A DNA stretch of 64,000 nucleotides from Anaerolineae bacterium (GTDB lineage Bacteria; Chloroflexota; Anaerolineae; Anaerolineales; Villigracilaceae), in NCBI GenBank assembly GCA_021324435.1, contig JAJPIZ010000038.1, forward strand, positions 126,269-190,268, given 5' to 3'. The notes under the pieces are model-generated. The model worked only from the letters and a program-made list of their open reading frames with translations, was not told where the DNA came from and ran no database searches. A program made the position numbers and the translations under genes. Of the stretch, positions 26,862 to 35,846 are shown in pieces; positions within the stretch are counted from its first letter, which is position 1, and each line of letters opens with the position of its first letter.

Positions 26862-27132
26862 AGGATTTTCCTCCGATAGGATTAACGAATGAGAATTTTA
26901 AAATTCAAAGGGCGCGTGAGAAGTCCACGCGGAGGATCGTGGTCAGGTCGGAAGAAACCAGCAAAATAGTTACATGCCATCGAGTTTCGTTCAGTATTGT
27001 AAGGGGAAACAAAGCGAAGGTCAACCGCCGTTTGGGGGAATTGCACGACCCTTTGGTCCGCGAATTTACACTAATCGTCACGAATTTTGAAAAGATTGGC
27101 GGGAATTTGCGAAGAGTAGCGGATCAAAAAAC

Positions 27133-27750
27133 TTGGAACCAGTTTTACTCGAGCGGAGTATTATTGACAAAGTGCTCTCCGGAGAGACTTTGGACGAATC
27201 CATACTGATCCGCCGCGCGGCACAGGGCGATGCTTCGGCATGGGAGCCGCTCATGCTCGCTTATCAGGAGGCGGTCTTTCGCCTGGCCTATCTTCTGCTC
27301 GGCGACCCTGATGATGCAGAAGACATCACGCAGGAAACGTTTTTGCGCGCCTGGAATAACTTGCGTCGCTTTGATTCGGCGCGCCCACTGCGCCCGTGGC
27401 TATTGCGCATTGCGGCCAATCTGGCGCACAACCGTCATCGTTCTGCAGGACGTTATTTTGCATCGTTGATGAAAGTATTTCGTCAGGAGAAAACTCCACC
27501 CACCGTTGAAGAGAGAAGCGCAAAAGACATCGAATCACAACAACTTTGGCGGGCCGTTCAACATCTCCCTGCACCCGACCAACAAATCGTTTATCTGCGA
27601 TACTTCCTTGATCTCTCGGTGGCAGAAACAGCAGATGTAATGCACATTGCTGAGGGCACTGTTAAGTCCCGGCTGAATCGGGCGTTGAACCGATTGCGCG
27701 CTGTGATCCAAAGTGATTTTCCTTCATTGAAAGACGGACTGTCATCATGA
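27133..27750 (+). CDS. ECF-type sigma-70 factor
   Basis: Region 2 is DAEDITQETFLRAWNNLRRFD. Region 4 is QQIVYLRYFLDLSVAETADVMHIAEGTVKSRLNRAL. The start is uncertain (TTG 27133 or GTG 27172). Confidence 0.85.
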   Translation: MEPVLLERSIIDKVLSGETLDESILIRRAAQGDASAWEPLMLAYQEAVFRLAYLLLGDPDDAEDITQETFLRAWNNLRRFDSARPLRPWLLRIAANLAHNRHRSAGRYFASLMKVFRQEKTPPTVEERSAKDIESQQLWRAVQHLPAPDQQIVYLRYFLDLSVAETADVMHIAEGTVKSRLNRALNRLRAVIQSDFPSLKDGLSS

Positions 27751-28532
27751 AAGACTCGACCCTCGAACGCCTTGAACGGAATCTAAAAGCAGCGGGACGC
27801 GCGTTCCCGTATCCGTCCACGCCGCGCATCGCGGACAAAGTGATGATGCGCTTGAATCAGCCTGTTCGCTCCCGCCTCTTGCGTGGACGTTGGGCGGGCG
27901 CGTTCCTCGCGATCTTGATCCTGGCTTTGACTTTGATCCTCGTCCCTCCCGCCCGCGCCGCAATCTTGGACTTCATTCAAATCGGCGTCGTGCGTATTTT
28001 CCAAGTTCAACCTGCGCCAATACCAACATCTCAATTTCAATTTCCTGTCACAGCCACTCCGAAGGCGACTTTCGTTCCATCCATTCTGCAACTTGCCGGT
28101 GAGACGACTCTCCCCGACGCGCAATCCAAAGTGGATTTCCCCATTCTGCTTCCCGTTTATCCGCCCGACCTCGGCCAACCCGATCACATTTATCTCCAAA
28201 ACGCAGGCAGTCCCATGTTGGTTCTGGTTTGGATGGAGCATGATCGCCCCGATAAAGTCCGCATGAGTCTCGATGAGATCGCGCCCGGCGGCTGGGCGGT
28301 GGGAAAATCTGAACCGAAACTGATCGAAGAGACGACCGTCAATGGTCAACATGCCATCTGGGCGGAAGGTCCGTACATGCTCCAAATCTCCAACGGGAAT
28401 TACGAATTGAAACGGCTCGTCAGCGGCCGCGTGCTGATCTGGACACAAGGTGAAATTACCTATCGCCTCGAGACGGATCTGGACCTGGAAGAGGCAATCA
28501 AAGTCGCGGAGTCGCTCGGTCCAATCCGATGA
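27747..28532 (+). CDS. putative anti-sigma factor (single TM helix, DUF4367-like C-terminal domain)
   Basis: ATGA overlap with the sigma gene. Short cytoplasmic N terminus, TM helix WAGAFLAILILALTLILV, and an extracytoplasmic domain. Confidence 0.55.
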   Translation: MKDSTLERLERNLKAAGRAFPYPSTPRIADKVMMRLNQPVRSRLLRGRWAGAFLAILILALTLILVPPARAAILDFIQIGVVRIFQVQPAPIPTSQFQFPVTATPKATFVPSILQLAGETTLPDAQSKVDFPILLPVYPPDLGQPDHIYLQNAGSPMLVLVWMEHDRPDKVRMSLDEIAPGGWAVGKSEPKLIEETTVNGQHAIWAEGPYMLQISNGNYELKRLVSGRVLIWTQGEITYRLETDLDLEEAIKVAESLGPIR

Positions 28533-28598
28533 ATCAGGGAACCTGATCTCCTCAAGCGGTGTAAAGGATTAGGTCTACTTTCACCAAAGGAGGCACCC

Positions 28599-30401
28599 AT
28601 GACCTTTCGATTCGGAATCCTGCTTTGCCTCGCGCTGTGCGTGATCCTGACTGCCTGCGTCCCTTCTATACCAGTTTCTCAGCCGCAGCCCTCACCTGCC
28701 CTGCCATCAACAACGCCCAGCCCAGCCTCCGAACCGACCAGCGTCGGCATACCGGTCATCGAGTACAGTGACAATGGGTTGAACAGGCTCATTGTCATTT
28801 TCTCGGCGACAGGAAAAACACTCGAGGCCTTTGCACCCATTCAACTCGGGCACAACTTCAGTTATACGTTTTCACAGGATGGCCGCACGCTGGCGGGAAT
28901 TTCGGATGGTCAGCTCTATTTAATTGATCTGCCCTCCTGGACCTATCGCACCTTCGACGTTGGTCTGCACGGTGGGTTGAGCGCGGTCGTTTACAACGCC
29001 GATGAAACCCTGCTGGCATTGACAAGCGGTGACCCGCAAGGCGCCATCCGCATTGTGGACGCAAAGAGCGGCGAGATCAAAGCCAGCGCGCAAACAGACT
29101 TTGCAATCCGATACGCCAGGTTCACGGCTGATGGAAATGCACTCATGCTCTATGGTCCCCGGCTTGCGAGGACAGGGCCGGCCGCGAACGCCGGAGTCAG
29201 CGCGGGCGCGCCGAAGGCCGCCTTGCTCGCAGTTTCGGATTTGAGCCTGCTGTGGTCGGTTGAACTCACTGGAATCCGCGATGGCACGTTCCCAAACAAG
29301 CCGGAGGCGGCGAACACACAGGAGATTTACGAACCCGGCGCGGCGTCCCATTATGAACCGGCTACCGCATTCGCACTATTTCGCGATGTTCTGTATCTTG
29401 TCCACGGCGACGAAGATAAATTGACCACGATTGACTTCGTCCAGCGAAAAGTAAACACAGTCAATGTGCGCGCCAAAACGAGTTGGTTCGATCAAGTTCT
29501 TGCGTTGACCGCCGGCGTGGCGCACGCCAAAGGCATGAACGGCACGACCAAACAGGCTGTGGTTTCGCCGGACGGCAAGTTCCTGTATGTAATCGGCAGT
29601 AGAGAAACGGTCACTCAACAAGCCAATGGCAATTGGGATATAACGGACACTCCTATTGGCCTGCAAATGATTTCTACTCAGGATGGTTCGCTTGTCCGTC
29701 ACATGGATACTCCGGCAAATTCCGTCAGGCTGTCCCCAGATGGTCATTACATTTTATTGACAGGCTGGAGAACCAGCGGGACACCATGGACGGATGTCTA
29801 TGATATATCCGCCGGGAAGATCATCAAGCCCTTCGATGAAATGTATTTGATCCCAACTCTCCGCCTGGACGGAAAGGCTGTTCTAGCATCCAGCCGCTCG
29901 ATCAGCAATTACGAGTCGGAAATGGCTGTTGTGGATCCAGAGTCATGGTTCATCGTCCACACGTGGAAAGGGTCAAGCTATATCGGCTGGTTGATTGCTC
30001 CTCAGCCGGCTCCGATCCGCGCTGATCTAAGTTTTTCGAGTTCATTGGTTCAGCGGTTAAGCAATGGAGGCTTAACCATTCAATCGGTGCAAGCCTCCAA
30101 GTGGAACGGTATGTTCCAATCTACAAACAAAGCCGTGTGGATCGAGACCGATATGGGAATCCTCGAAGCCGTGTTCTTTGCCGATTCAACGGAAGCCAAA
30201 GAGATTCGAGTCGCTTCGGTTCCAAACAAAGTAGCATGGCGATACGCATACGAAATTCAGGCCCCGCCTCCCACGCTCACTCACGATGTGACTCTCGATT
30301 TGGCATTTCCAATGTACTTCGCCACGCGGGAGAATATGTTCCTGATAACCGACAGCGCGGACCTCTATGAAGCGCTGAAACACATTTTTGCAAACAATTA
30401 G
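28599..30401 (+). CDS. lipoprotein with beta-propeller-like repeats (600 aa)
   Basis: Lipobox VILTAC. Repeated SxDGxxL motifs: SQDGRTLAG, TADGNALML, SPDGKFLYV, SPDGHYILL. Confidence 0.6.
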   Translation: MTFRFGILLCLALCVILTACVPSIPVSQPQPSPALPSTTPSPASEPTSVGIPVIEYSDNGLNRLIVIFSATGKTLEAFAPIQLGHNFSYTFSQDGRTLAGISDGQLYLIDLPSWTYRTFDVGLHGGLSAVVYNADETLLALTSGDPQGAIRIVDAKSGEIKASAQTDFAIRYARFTADGNALMLYGPRLARTGPAANAGVSAGAPKAALLAVSDLSLLWSVELTGIRDGTFPNKPEAANTQEIYEPGAASHYEPATAFALFRDVLYLVHGDEDKLTTIDFVQRKVNTVNVRAKTSWFDQVLALTAGVAHAKGMNGTTKQAVVSPDGKFLYVIGSRETVTQQANGNWDITDTPIGLQMISTQDGSLVRHMDTPANSVRLSPDGHYILLTGWRTSGTPWTDVYDISAGKIIKPFDEMYLIPTLRLDGKAVLASSRSISNYESEMAVVDPESWFIVHTWKGSSYIGWLIAPQPAPIRADLSFSSSLVQRLSNGGLTIQSVQASKWNGMFQSTNKAVWIETDMGILEAVFFADSTEAKEIRVASVPNKVAWRYAYEIQAPPPTLTHDVTLDLAFPMYFATRENMFLITDSADLYEALKHIFANN

Positions 30402-30415
30402 AAAAGGAGACACCG

Positions 30416-30982
30416 ATGTTAAACCGTATCCGAATCTCGATTACGTTAGCTTTACTATTGACCCTTCTTACATTCATTGCGGCTTACGCCAAAGGAAACT
30501 TCTCGTTCATCACGATACAAGGTCCAGATATGAAAGAAGCGGTGCGCGTCACCGATCCCGCACTGACCACCGACTGGTTCGCCTTTGCTGATTTTCCGCG
30601 CGGCGCGGTAGATGCACCCGCGAATCCAGGCGCGGCTTATGAGATCACGCGCTACTACATTGACGGCTCGCGCGAGCAAGCCTTCGACCACCTGCATTAT
30701 TATCCCGATAGCGGCTTCGTCTATTACGACGGCATTCTTGGCGGCCGGTCGGAATACGATGGCAAATGGTACTCGGCAAAACCCGGCATCGAGGTCACGT
30801 TCAGGAACGCGTTGGCAAAGGCTACTCAGGATGAACCTGTGGCCGCTGTTGCAAATCAAAGCGACGATTCTGCTCAAACCAAAACCAATACAACTCAATC
30901 CGTTGCGCCTCTGGCAATCACAGCAGGGCTGGCTGTCATCTTCGTTCTCGCCTTTTGGCTTCGCAAGCCATCTGCGCATTGA
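30416..30982 (+). CDS. secreted hypothetical protein with C-terminal membrane anchor (188 aa)
   Basis: Signal peptide ITLALLLTLLTFIAAYA. C-terminal TM helix LAITAGLAVIFVLAFW followed by RKPSAH. Confidence 0.5.
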   Translation: MLNRIRISITLALLLTLLTFIAAYAKGNFSFITIQGPDMKEAVRVTDPALTTDWFAFADFPRGAVDAPANPGAAYEITRYYIDGSREQAFDHLHYYPDSGFVYYDGILGGRSEYDGKWYSAKPGIEVTFRNALAKATQDEPVAAVANQSDDSAQTKTNTTQSVAPLAITAGLAVIFVLAFWLRKPSAH

Positions 30983-31000
30983 GAATCAAATTCAAACCAC

Positions 31001-31034
31001 AAACAGGAACGGTTTTCCCGTTCCCGTTTGTTTT
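31001..31034 (+). terminator. rho-independent terminator
   Basis: AAACAGGAACGG-ttttc-CCGTTCCCGTTTGTTTT (12-bp stem with 1 mismatch). Confidence 0.6.
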
Positions 31035-31068
31035 AACGCGCAATCTACGATATATTTGCGTCAACCAG

Positions 31069-31968
31069 ATGAATACAGACCCCGCCGCCACTCATGGATT
31101 TTGGGCTGATCTTCACCGCCCGGAATTTCAACCCGCCGACTCAGATTTCACCGTCATCGGGATTCCTTTCGATGGACTTGCCAGCGCGCGCAAAGGCGCC
31201 GCAAAAGGTCCGGAACGCATCCGTTTCTGGACCCAGCACCTGACCCCGTTTAGCGAAGATCGCACCCGGCTGAAAGGGATTCGCATCGCTGATCTCGGCG
31301 ACATCAAAATCACGCGCCCCGAATCGGACTTTAATTTGATCCGTCAGAAAGTGGCTTCACTGCCAAATGTTCCCATCTTGCTGGGCGGCGACCATTCCGT
31401 GACCATTCCCATTTTTCAAGGGCAACGCGAGCGATTCAAAAACAAACGACTGGGGGTCTTATGGGTGGACGCGCATCCCGACTTATGCGACGAATTCAAC
31501 GGCTCCAAACTTTCTCACGCCTGCGTCCTCCGTCGCGGACTTGAGTTCGGAATCAAACCCAAAGACGTTTGTCTTGTTGGCCTGCGTTCATGGGAAGATC
31601 AGGAAATTGACTTGATCGAAAACGGCGGCCTGAATGTCTTCACCGCCGCAGACGTGGCAGAGCGCGGCATGAAAGATGTTGCTCAGCAAGCACATCAAAT
31701 CCTTGCAAACTGCGACGCGGTGCACATCTCGCTCGACATTGATTGTCTCGATCCGGCCTTCGCGCCCGGTACAGGCATTCCGGAAGCAGGCGGCCTGACC
31801 TCGCGCGAAGTTGTCACGTTGATCAAGTCACTGCAGGGCTTGCCGCTGGTCGGTCTGGATGTGGTCGAGGTCGCGCCTCCGCTCGATCCGAGCGAAGCGA
31901 CCGTTTTTGCCGCTTTGCGTGTGATCATGGAATTCATCGCCGTCATCGCTCGTGAAAAACAGAAATAA
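31069..31968 (+). CDS. speB: agmatinase/arginase-family ureohydrolase
   Basis: Mn-binding motifs GGDHSV, DAHPD, SLDIDCLDP. ATG 31069 is preferred because the 30955 start spans the terminator. Confidence 0.85.
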   Translation: MNTDPAATHGFWADLHRPEFQPADSDFTVIGIPFDGLASARKGAAKGPERIRFWTQHLTPFSEDRTRLKGIRIADLGDIKITRPESDFNLIRQKVASLPNVPILLGGDHSVTIPIFQGQRERFKNKRLGVLWVDAHPDLCDEFNGSKLSHACVLRRGLEFGIKPKDVCLVGLRSWEDQEIDLIENGGLNVFTAADVAERGMKDVAQQAHQILANCDAVHISLDIDCLDPAFAPGTGIPEAGGLTSREVVTLIKSLQGLPLVGLDVVEVAPPLDPSEATVFAALRVIMEFIAVIAREKQK

Positions 31969-31978
31969 GGTTTGACTC

Positions 31979-32281
31979 ATGGAAATCAATTTGAATGAAC
32001 TTGAAGTGACTCACAATGAGGCAGAGAGCCGTTTTGAAACCTGGATCAACGGTCAACTATCAAAACTGGATTACATTGAAGACAAAGACACCTTTGTGAT
32101 TACGCATGTTGGCGTCTACCCGGAGTATCGAGGCTATGGCGTGGCTGGCAAACTGACACAAACCGGCCTCGAATATGCAAAGGCCAGGTCGCTGAGAGTC
32201 GTCCCCATGTGTTCGTATGCCGCGGCCTACATGCGCAGACACCCACAATATTCAAATCTGATGAGACAAAAGGGGGGTTAG
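31979..32281 (+). CDS. small GNAT-like acetyltransferase (YjdJ-type, 100 aa)
   Basis: ITHVGVYPEYRGYGVAGKLTQTGLEYAKARSLRVVPMCSYAAAYMRRHP. Confidence 0.7.
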   Translation: MEINLNELEVTHNEAESRFETWINGQLSKLDYIEDKDTFVITHVGVYPEYRGYGVAGKLTQTGLEYAKARSLRVVPMCSYAAAYMRRHPQYSNLMRQKGG

Positions 32282-32823
32282 TTCTTCTGAGCGCTTGATC
32301 TTTCGCCGAGCAAATCCAGCACCATTTGCGCGGCGTTTGGAACTGCCTCGGCAACAGGCGGAGAAAGGTCTTCGCTGAAATCAAAGATGGGGCGAGTGGC
32401 AATTCCGATGATGAACACATCTTCAGGCAATTGTGCGCCCATGGCTTTGCCCAACTCAATCGCGTTCTGCAAAGAGGTGTCGTGCGCGCTGGTCGTGTGG
32501 AAGGCGGAATAATTCGGCAGGTCTGACAACTTCAAGGCCAGGATCGAGCCAAGCGGCTCATCCAAGGCAAAGGCATCAATCAGAATGGCGCGCTCATAAC
32601 CGATAAGACGTTCCATCAGGCTGATGCCGCCGAGGGAGACGCAATCAACGGTAATTTCTTCATCCTCCCGAATATCAGCCTCCGCTTCGACCTCACCTGC
32701 GCTCCGCTCAGCGCGAAGCGGGGAGACCATGAGCCGCCTTTTTACTTCTTCCGCGACTTTCCAGCCAACGCCGTCATCGCCGAGGATGGGATTGCCGAGG
32801 CCGAGGATAATGGTTTTCATCAT
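32278..32823 (-). CDS. [NiFe]-hydrogenase maturation endopeptidase
   Basis: MKTIILGLGNPILGDDGVGWKVAEEV. Lies directly downstream of the large subunit gene. Confidence 0.85.
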   Translation of the reverse strand: MMKTIILGLGNPILGDDGVGWKVAEEVKRRLMVSPLRAERSAGEVEAEADIREDEEITVDCVSLGGISLMERLIGYERAILIDAFALDEPLGSILALKLSDLPNYSAFHTTSAHDTSLQNAIELGKAMGAQLPEDVFIIGIATRPIFDFSEDLSPPVAEAVPNAAQMVLDLLGERSSAQKN

Positions 32824-32883
32824 AGAGAAGGAAGGCGCGCCAGGGATGCCAGGCATCCCCGACGCGCCAACCCTATGAAAGGG

Positions 32884-34356
32884 TCAATCAACAAATTGTT
32901 TAATCACGTCCACTGTTTCGCCATCAGAGTTGCGAATGGTGACTTCCAACGGCATTTGACCCGGCAGGGAATGCGTCGCGCATCCGAAACACGGATCGTA
33001 GGCACGGAAGGCCATCTCGACCCTGTTGAGCAAACCTTCCGTGACAACTGTCCCTTTTTTGATGAGGCTGGAGGCGGCTTTGTTGATGGACATGCTGATC
33101 GGCGCGTAGTTGTTGGTGGTGCCGACGATTAGATTCGCCTTGGTCAGCACGCCCCGCTCATCGGTCCAGTAATGATGCGTGAGGGTGCCGCGCGGGGCTT
33201 CGACGATTCCAACTCCTTCCGTCGGTTTCTCCGTCGGAATGGCGTGAAAGTTCGGCGATGTAATTTCGGGATCGGTGGCGAGTTCCACCCAGCGTTCCGC
33301 CGCGTAGAGCAATTCGATCAGGCGCGCCCAATGTGTGGCGAGTCGTTGATGAACAGGTTTGCCGCCCAGCGTCGCGTAAAATTTTTCGTATTCTTCCTGC
33401 GCAAGAGGCGTAGCCATGCCATCCGCGGCATTGAGGCGCGACAGCGGTGTCGCACAATAGATGCCCGACTCTTTGCCGTCTACGAAACCCTTCCATCCCA
33501 CCTTCTTGAGATACGGGAACTTGAGATAGGTCCACGGTTCGACGTGTTCGGCAATGTTCTCAACGTAATCTTTCGGCGCGTATTTGACGAATTCTTTCCC
33601 GTCCGGGTCCACCACACGGACTTTGCCATCATAGAAGTTGATTCGATTCTTTTCATCCACTGTGCCCATGTAGTAGGTGCGATGAGTGTAGATGTCGCCG
33701 AGGATCAAATCCACATAGGTCTTGTTGCCAAGCACGATGTCGCTGAAAAGTTTAAGGCTGAACTGGGCAAACTCAATCGCCCAGCGGCCCATGGCTTCGA
33801 TCTCCTTGCGCTGTTCTTCGGTGATGCCTTTGGTGAGTCCGCCGGGAATGGACGTGCATGGATGAACCTTACGCCCGCCGATCATTTCAACGACAGTATG
33901 TCCCGCTTTTCGCGCCTGAATGACTTTGCCGCCAATTTCCAAGCCCACTTTGTGAATGACGCCGAGAATGTTTCGTTCCGCAATCGGCGCATCGGGACCC
34001 ATCACAAAATCCGGCCCGCCGAGCGCGTAAAAGTGAGTCGCATGATCGGTGACATAGAACGCGCTGTACAACAACTCGCGCAACATCTTGGCCGTGCGCG
34101 GCGGATCCACATGATAGACCGCGTCCGCGGCTTTGGCCGCGGCCATGTGATGCGCCTCGGGGCAGACCCCGCAAATGCGGTTCGTCAACAGCGGCATCTC
34201 TTCAACAGGCCGTCCAATGCAGAAACGTTCGAAGCCGCGCAGTTCGGGAATTTGGAAATATGTGTTGGCAACATTCCCTTCATTGTCGAGAAAGATTTCG
34301 ATCTTGCCATGACCTTCGAGGCGGGTGATGGGGTCAATCGTGATGCGTTGGGTCAT
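32884..34356 (-). CDS. mvhA: [NiFe]-hydrogenase large subunit, MvhA-like (group 3c-like)
   Basis: ITRLEGHGKI, RICGVCPEAH, C-terminal DPCFGCATH. ATG 34356 lies 1 nt after the small-subunit stop. Confidence 0.9.
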   Translation of the reverse strand: MTQRITIDPITRLEGHGKIEIFLDNEGNVANTYFQIPELRGFERFCIGRPVEEMPLLTNRICGVCPEAHHMAAAKAADAVYHVDPPRTAKMLRELLYSAFYVTDHATHFYALGGPDFVMGPDAPIAERNILGVIHKVGLEIGGKVIQARKAGHTVVEMIGGRKVHPCTSIPGGLTKGITEEQRKEIEAMGRWAIEFAQFSLKLFSDIVLGNKTYVDLILGDIYTHRTYYMGTVDEKNRINFYDGKVRVVDPDGKEFVKYAPKDYVENIAEHVEPWTYLKFPYLKKVGWKGFVDGKESGIYCATPLSRLNAADGMATPLAQEEYEKFYATLGGKPVHQRLATHWARLIELLYAAERWVELATDPEITSPNFHAIPTEKPTEGVGIVEAPRGTLTHHYWTDERGVLTKANLIVGTTNNYAPISMSINKAASSLIKKGTVVTEGLLNRVEMAFRAYDPCFGCATHSLPGQMPLEVTIRNSDGETVDVIKQFVD

Positions 34357-34357
34357 G

Positions 34358-35368
34358 TTACACCTTCTCTTTCTCGTGCGTGCTCTCCGCCTTCCAGGCG
34401 GGAACGCCAGCTTTGAGCAATGAGCCGGCCAGGTTGAAACGATAGAACTGTCCCGTTGGATCAACCAAGCCATCCAGGATGTGATCAATCTCTTCCGGTT
34501 CTTTCGCGTCCAACACCGATGCGAAAGCGGAGATCAAGCGCGCGCCATAATCCAGAACGCCTTCAGCAGGACCATAACAACCGATGCACTGCGCGCCCGC
34601 CGCGGGGCAGCGCGCGTTGCATCCGCTTCTGGTCGCGGGACCGTTGCACGGAATGCCCTGTTCAAGCAGACACAACGCCGGGTCAATCTGCATGTTATAG
34701 ATGCGCTCGAAGGATTTGATGACCTTCACATTGCGTGTCCGTTTGCATTCGTCGCAGACCGTGGAATTGCCGGCGCCGATGACCGTCCCTTTTGGCGGCA
34801 GTTCAGCCTTCCCCTGCAAGACTTGAACCACCAAGTCAATCACTGCCGCGATCTGATGTGACTCAGGCGGGCAACCCGGCATGTAGTAATCCACATCCAC
34901 CACCTGGTCGAGGGTCTTGAGCACAGGCAGAATATTTGGAATGTGAATCTCACCTTCAGGGACGTCGAACGCGGTTCGCGGGTAGATTTGATTTGGATTG
35001 TCGGTGGAAATCGTGTTGAATGCCGTGTGGACGATCTCACGCGAGTCGCTTAGATTGGCAAGCCCGGGAATACAACCTTCGTTGGCGCACGAACCGAATG
35101 CGACGAGTATCTTCGATTTCTTGCGGAGCAGTTTGGCGATGTGCTCATTCTCATCGTTGCGGATGCCGCCATTGAAAAGCGTCAACAGGATCGAGCCATC
35201 TTCCATCGCTTCGACATCTTTGTACTTGGCATCCATGGCGACGGGCCAGAAGACCACGTCGAAGTTGGCATCCACATCCAGAATCTTTTCGTGGATGTTG
35301 AGCACGGCAATCTCGCATCCGCCGCAGGAGGCGGCCCAGTACATTGCAAATTTCGGTTTCGCGGTCAT
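34358..35368 (-). CDS. mvhG: [NiFe]-hydrogenase small subunit, MvhG-like
   Basis: YWAASCGGCEIAVLNI plus distal Cys clusters (CDECKRTRN..., CNGPATRSGCNARCP). ATGA overlap with mvhD. Confidence 0.88.
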   Translation of the reverse strand: MTAKPKFAMYWAASCGGCEIAVLNIHEKILDVDANFDVVFWPVAMDAKYKDVEAMEDGSILLTLFNGGIRNDENEHIAKLLRKKSKILVAFGSCANEGCIPGLANLSDSREIVHTAFNTISTDNPNQIYPRTAFDVPEGEIHIPNILPVLKTLDQVVDVDYYMPGCPPESHQIAAVIDLVVQVLQGKAELPPKGTVIGAGNSTVCDECKRTRNVKVIKSFERIYNMQIDPALCLLEQGIPCNGPATRSGCNARCPAAGAQCIGCYGPAEGVLDYGARLISAFASVLDAKEPEEIDHILDGLVDPTGQFYRFNLAGSLLKAGVPAWKAESTHEKEKV

Positions 35369-35844
35369 GCCGCCACCTCCTCGCGCTGAATTGGCTCACT
35401 GATCACGGGTAACTGGTCCCTGGCTTTGCCCCAATTCAGCGGACCCAGTTTGCGAATCTCCTCCACGAACGCGGTCGTTTCGCTGGCAAACTTCGCGCCT
35501 TCCGCCGCGCTGGCCCAAATCAACTTGACGCGTTCCGGCTCAATGCCCAATCCTTTGAGCACGCGCTTGAGCAGAAGATAGCGGCGCAGGGCTTTGTAGT
35601 TTTGTTCGATGTAATGGCATTCGCCCGGATGACAGCCCGTGATCATCACCCCGTCCGCGCCGCTCGAAAGCGCGCGCAGGACAAAGGTCGGGTCGAGGCG
35701 CCCGGAGCACATCAAGCGGATGAGCCGCACGTTCGGTGCGTACTTCATGCGCGCTGTCCCAGCCAGGTCTGCGGCGCGATAACTGCACCAGTTACAGGTA
35801 AAACCAATGATGGTGGGTTCAAAGTTTTCAGTCATACAATCCAC
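35365..35844 (-). CDS. mvhD: methyl-viologen-reducing hydrogenase delta subunit
   Basis: IIGFTCNWCSYRAADLAGTARMKYAPNVRLIRLMCSGRLDP. Confidence 0.88.
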   Translation of the reverse strand: MDCMTENFEPTIIGFTCNWCSYRAADLAGTARMKYAPNVRLIRLMCSGRLDPTFVLRALSSGADGVMITGCHPGECHYIEQNYKALRRYLLLKRVLKGLGIEPERVKLIWASAAEGAKFASETTAFVEEIRKLGPLNWGKARDQLPVISEPIQREEVAA

Positions 35845-35846
35845 TC

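Noticed and set aside
26862-27132. Search for a lysine (L-box) riboswitch upstream of kamA, and for a cobalamin riboswitch upstream of 19296.
   Set aside because: I could not recognise the conserved cores by eye. I found only a short 6-bp hairpin (CGCGTG/CACGCG) and the palindromic repeat, respectively. A covariance-model scan would be needed to exclude them.
33172-34416. 414-aa ORF antisense to the hydrogenase large subunit. Similar cases are 60286..61428 (antisense to dnaE), 21189..22220 (antisense to prs), 19796..20569 (antisense to meaB), 15346..16131, 1570..2442 and 786..1427.
   Set aside because: All lie opposite genes with diagnostic motifs and have no recognisable features of their own.
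34357-34488. N-terminal extension of the hydrogenase large subunit. Similar long starts are 32856 for the protease, 30955 for speB, 42020 for miaB, 15109, 17567, 19121 and 25569.
   Set aside because: Each extension overlaps the upstream gene or a terminator or tRNA. Internal ATGs give canonical N termini and tight coupling.
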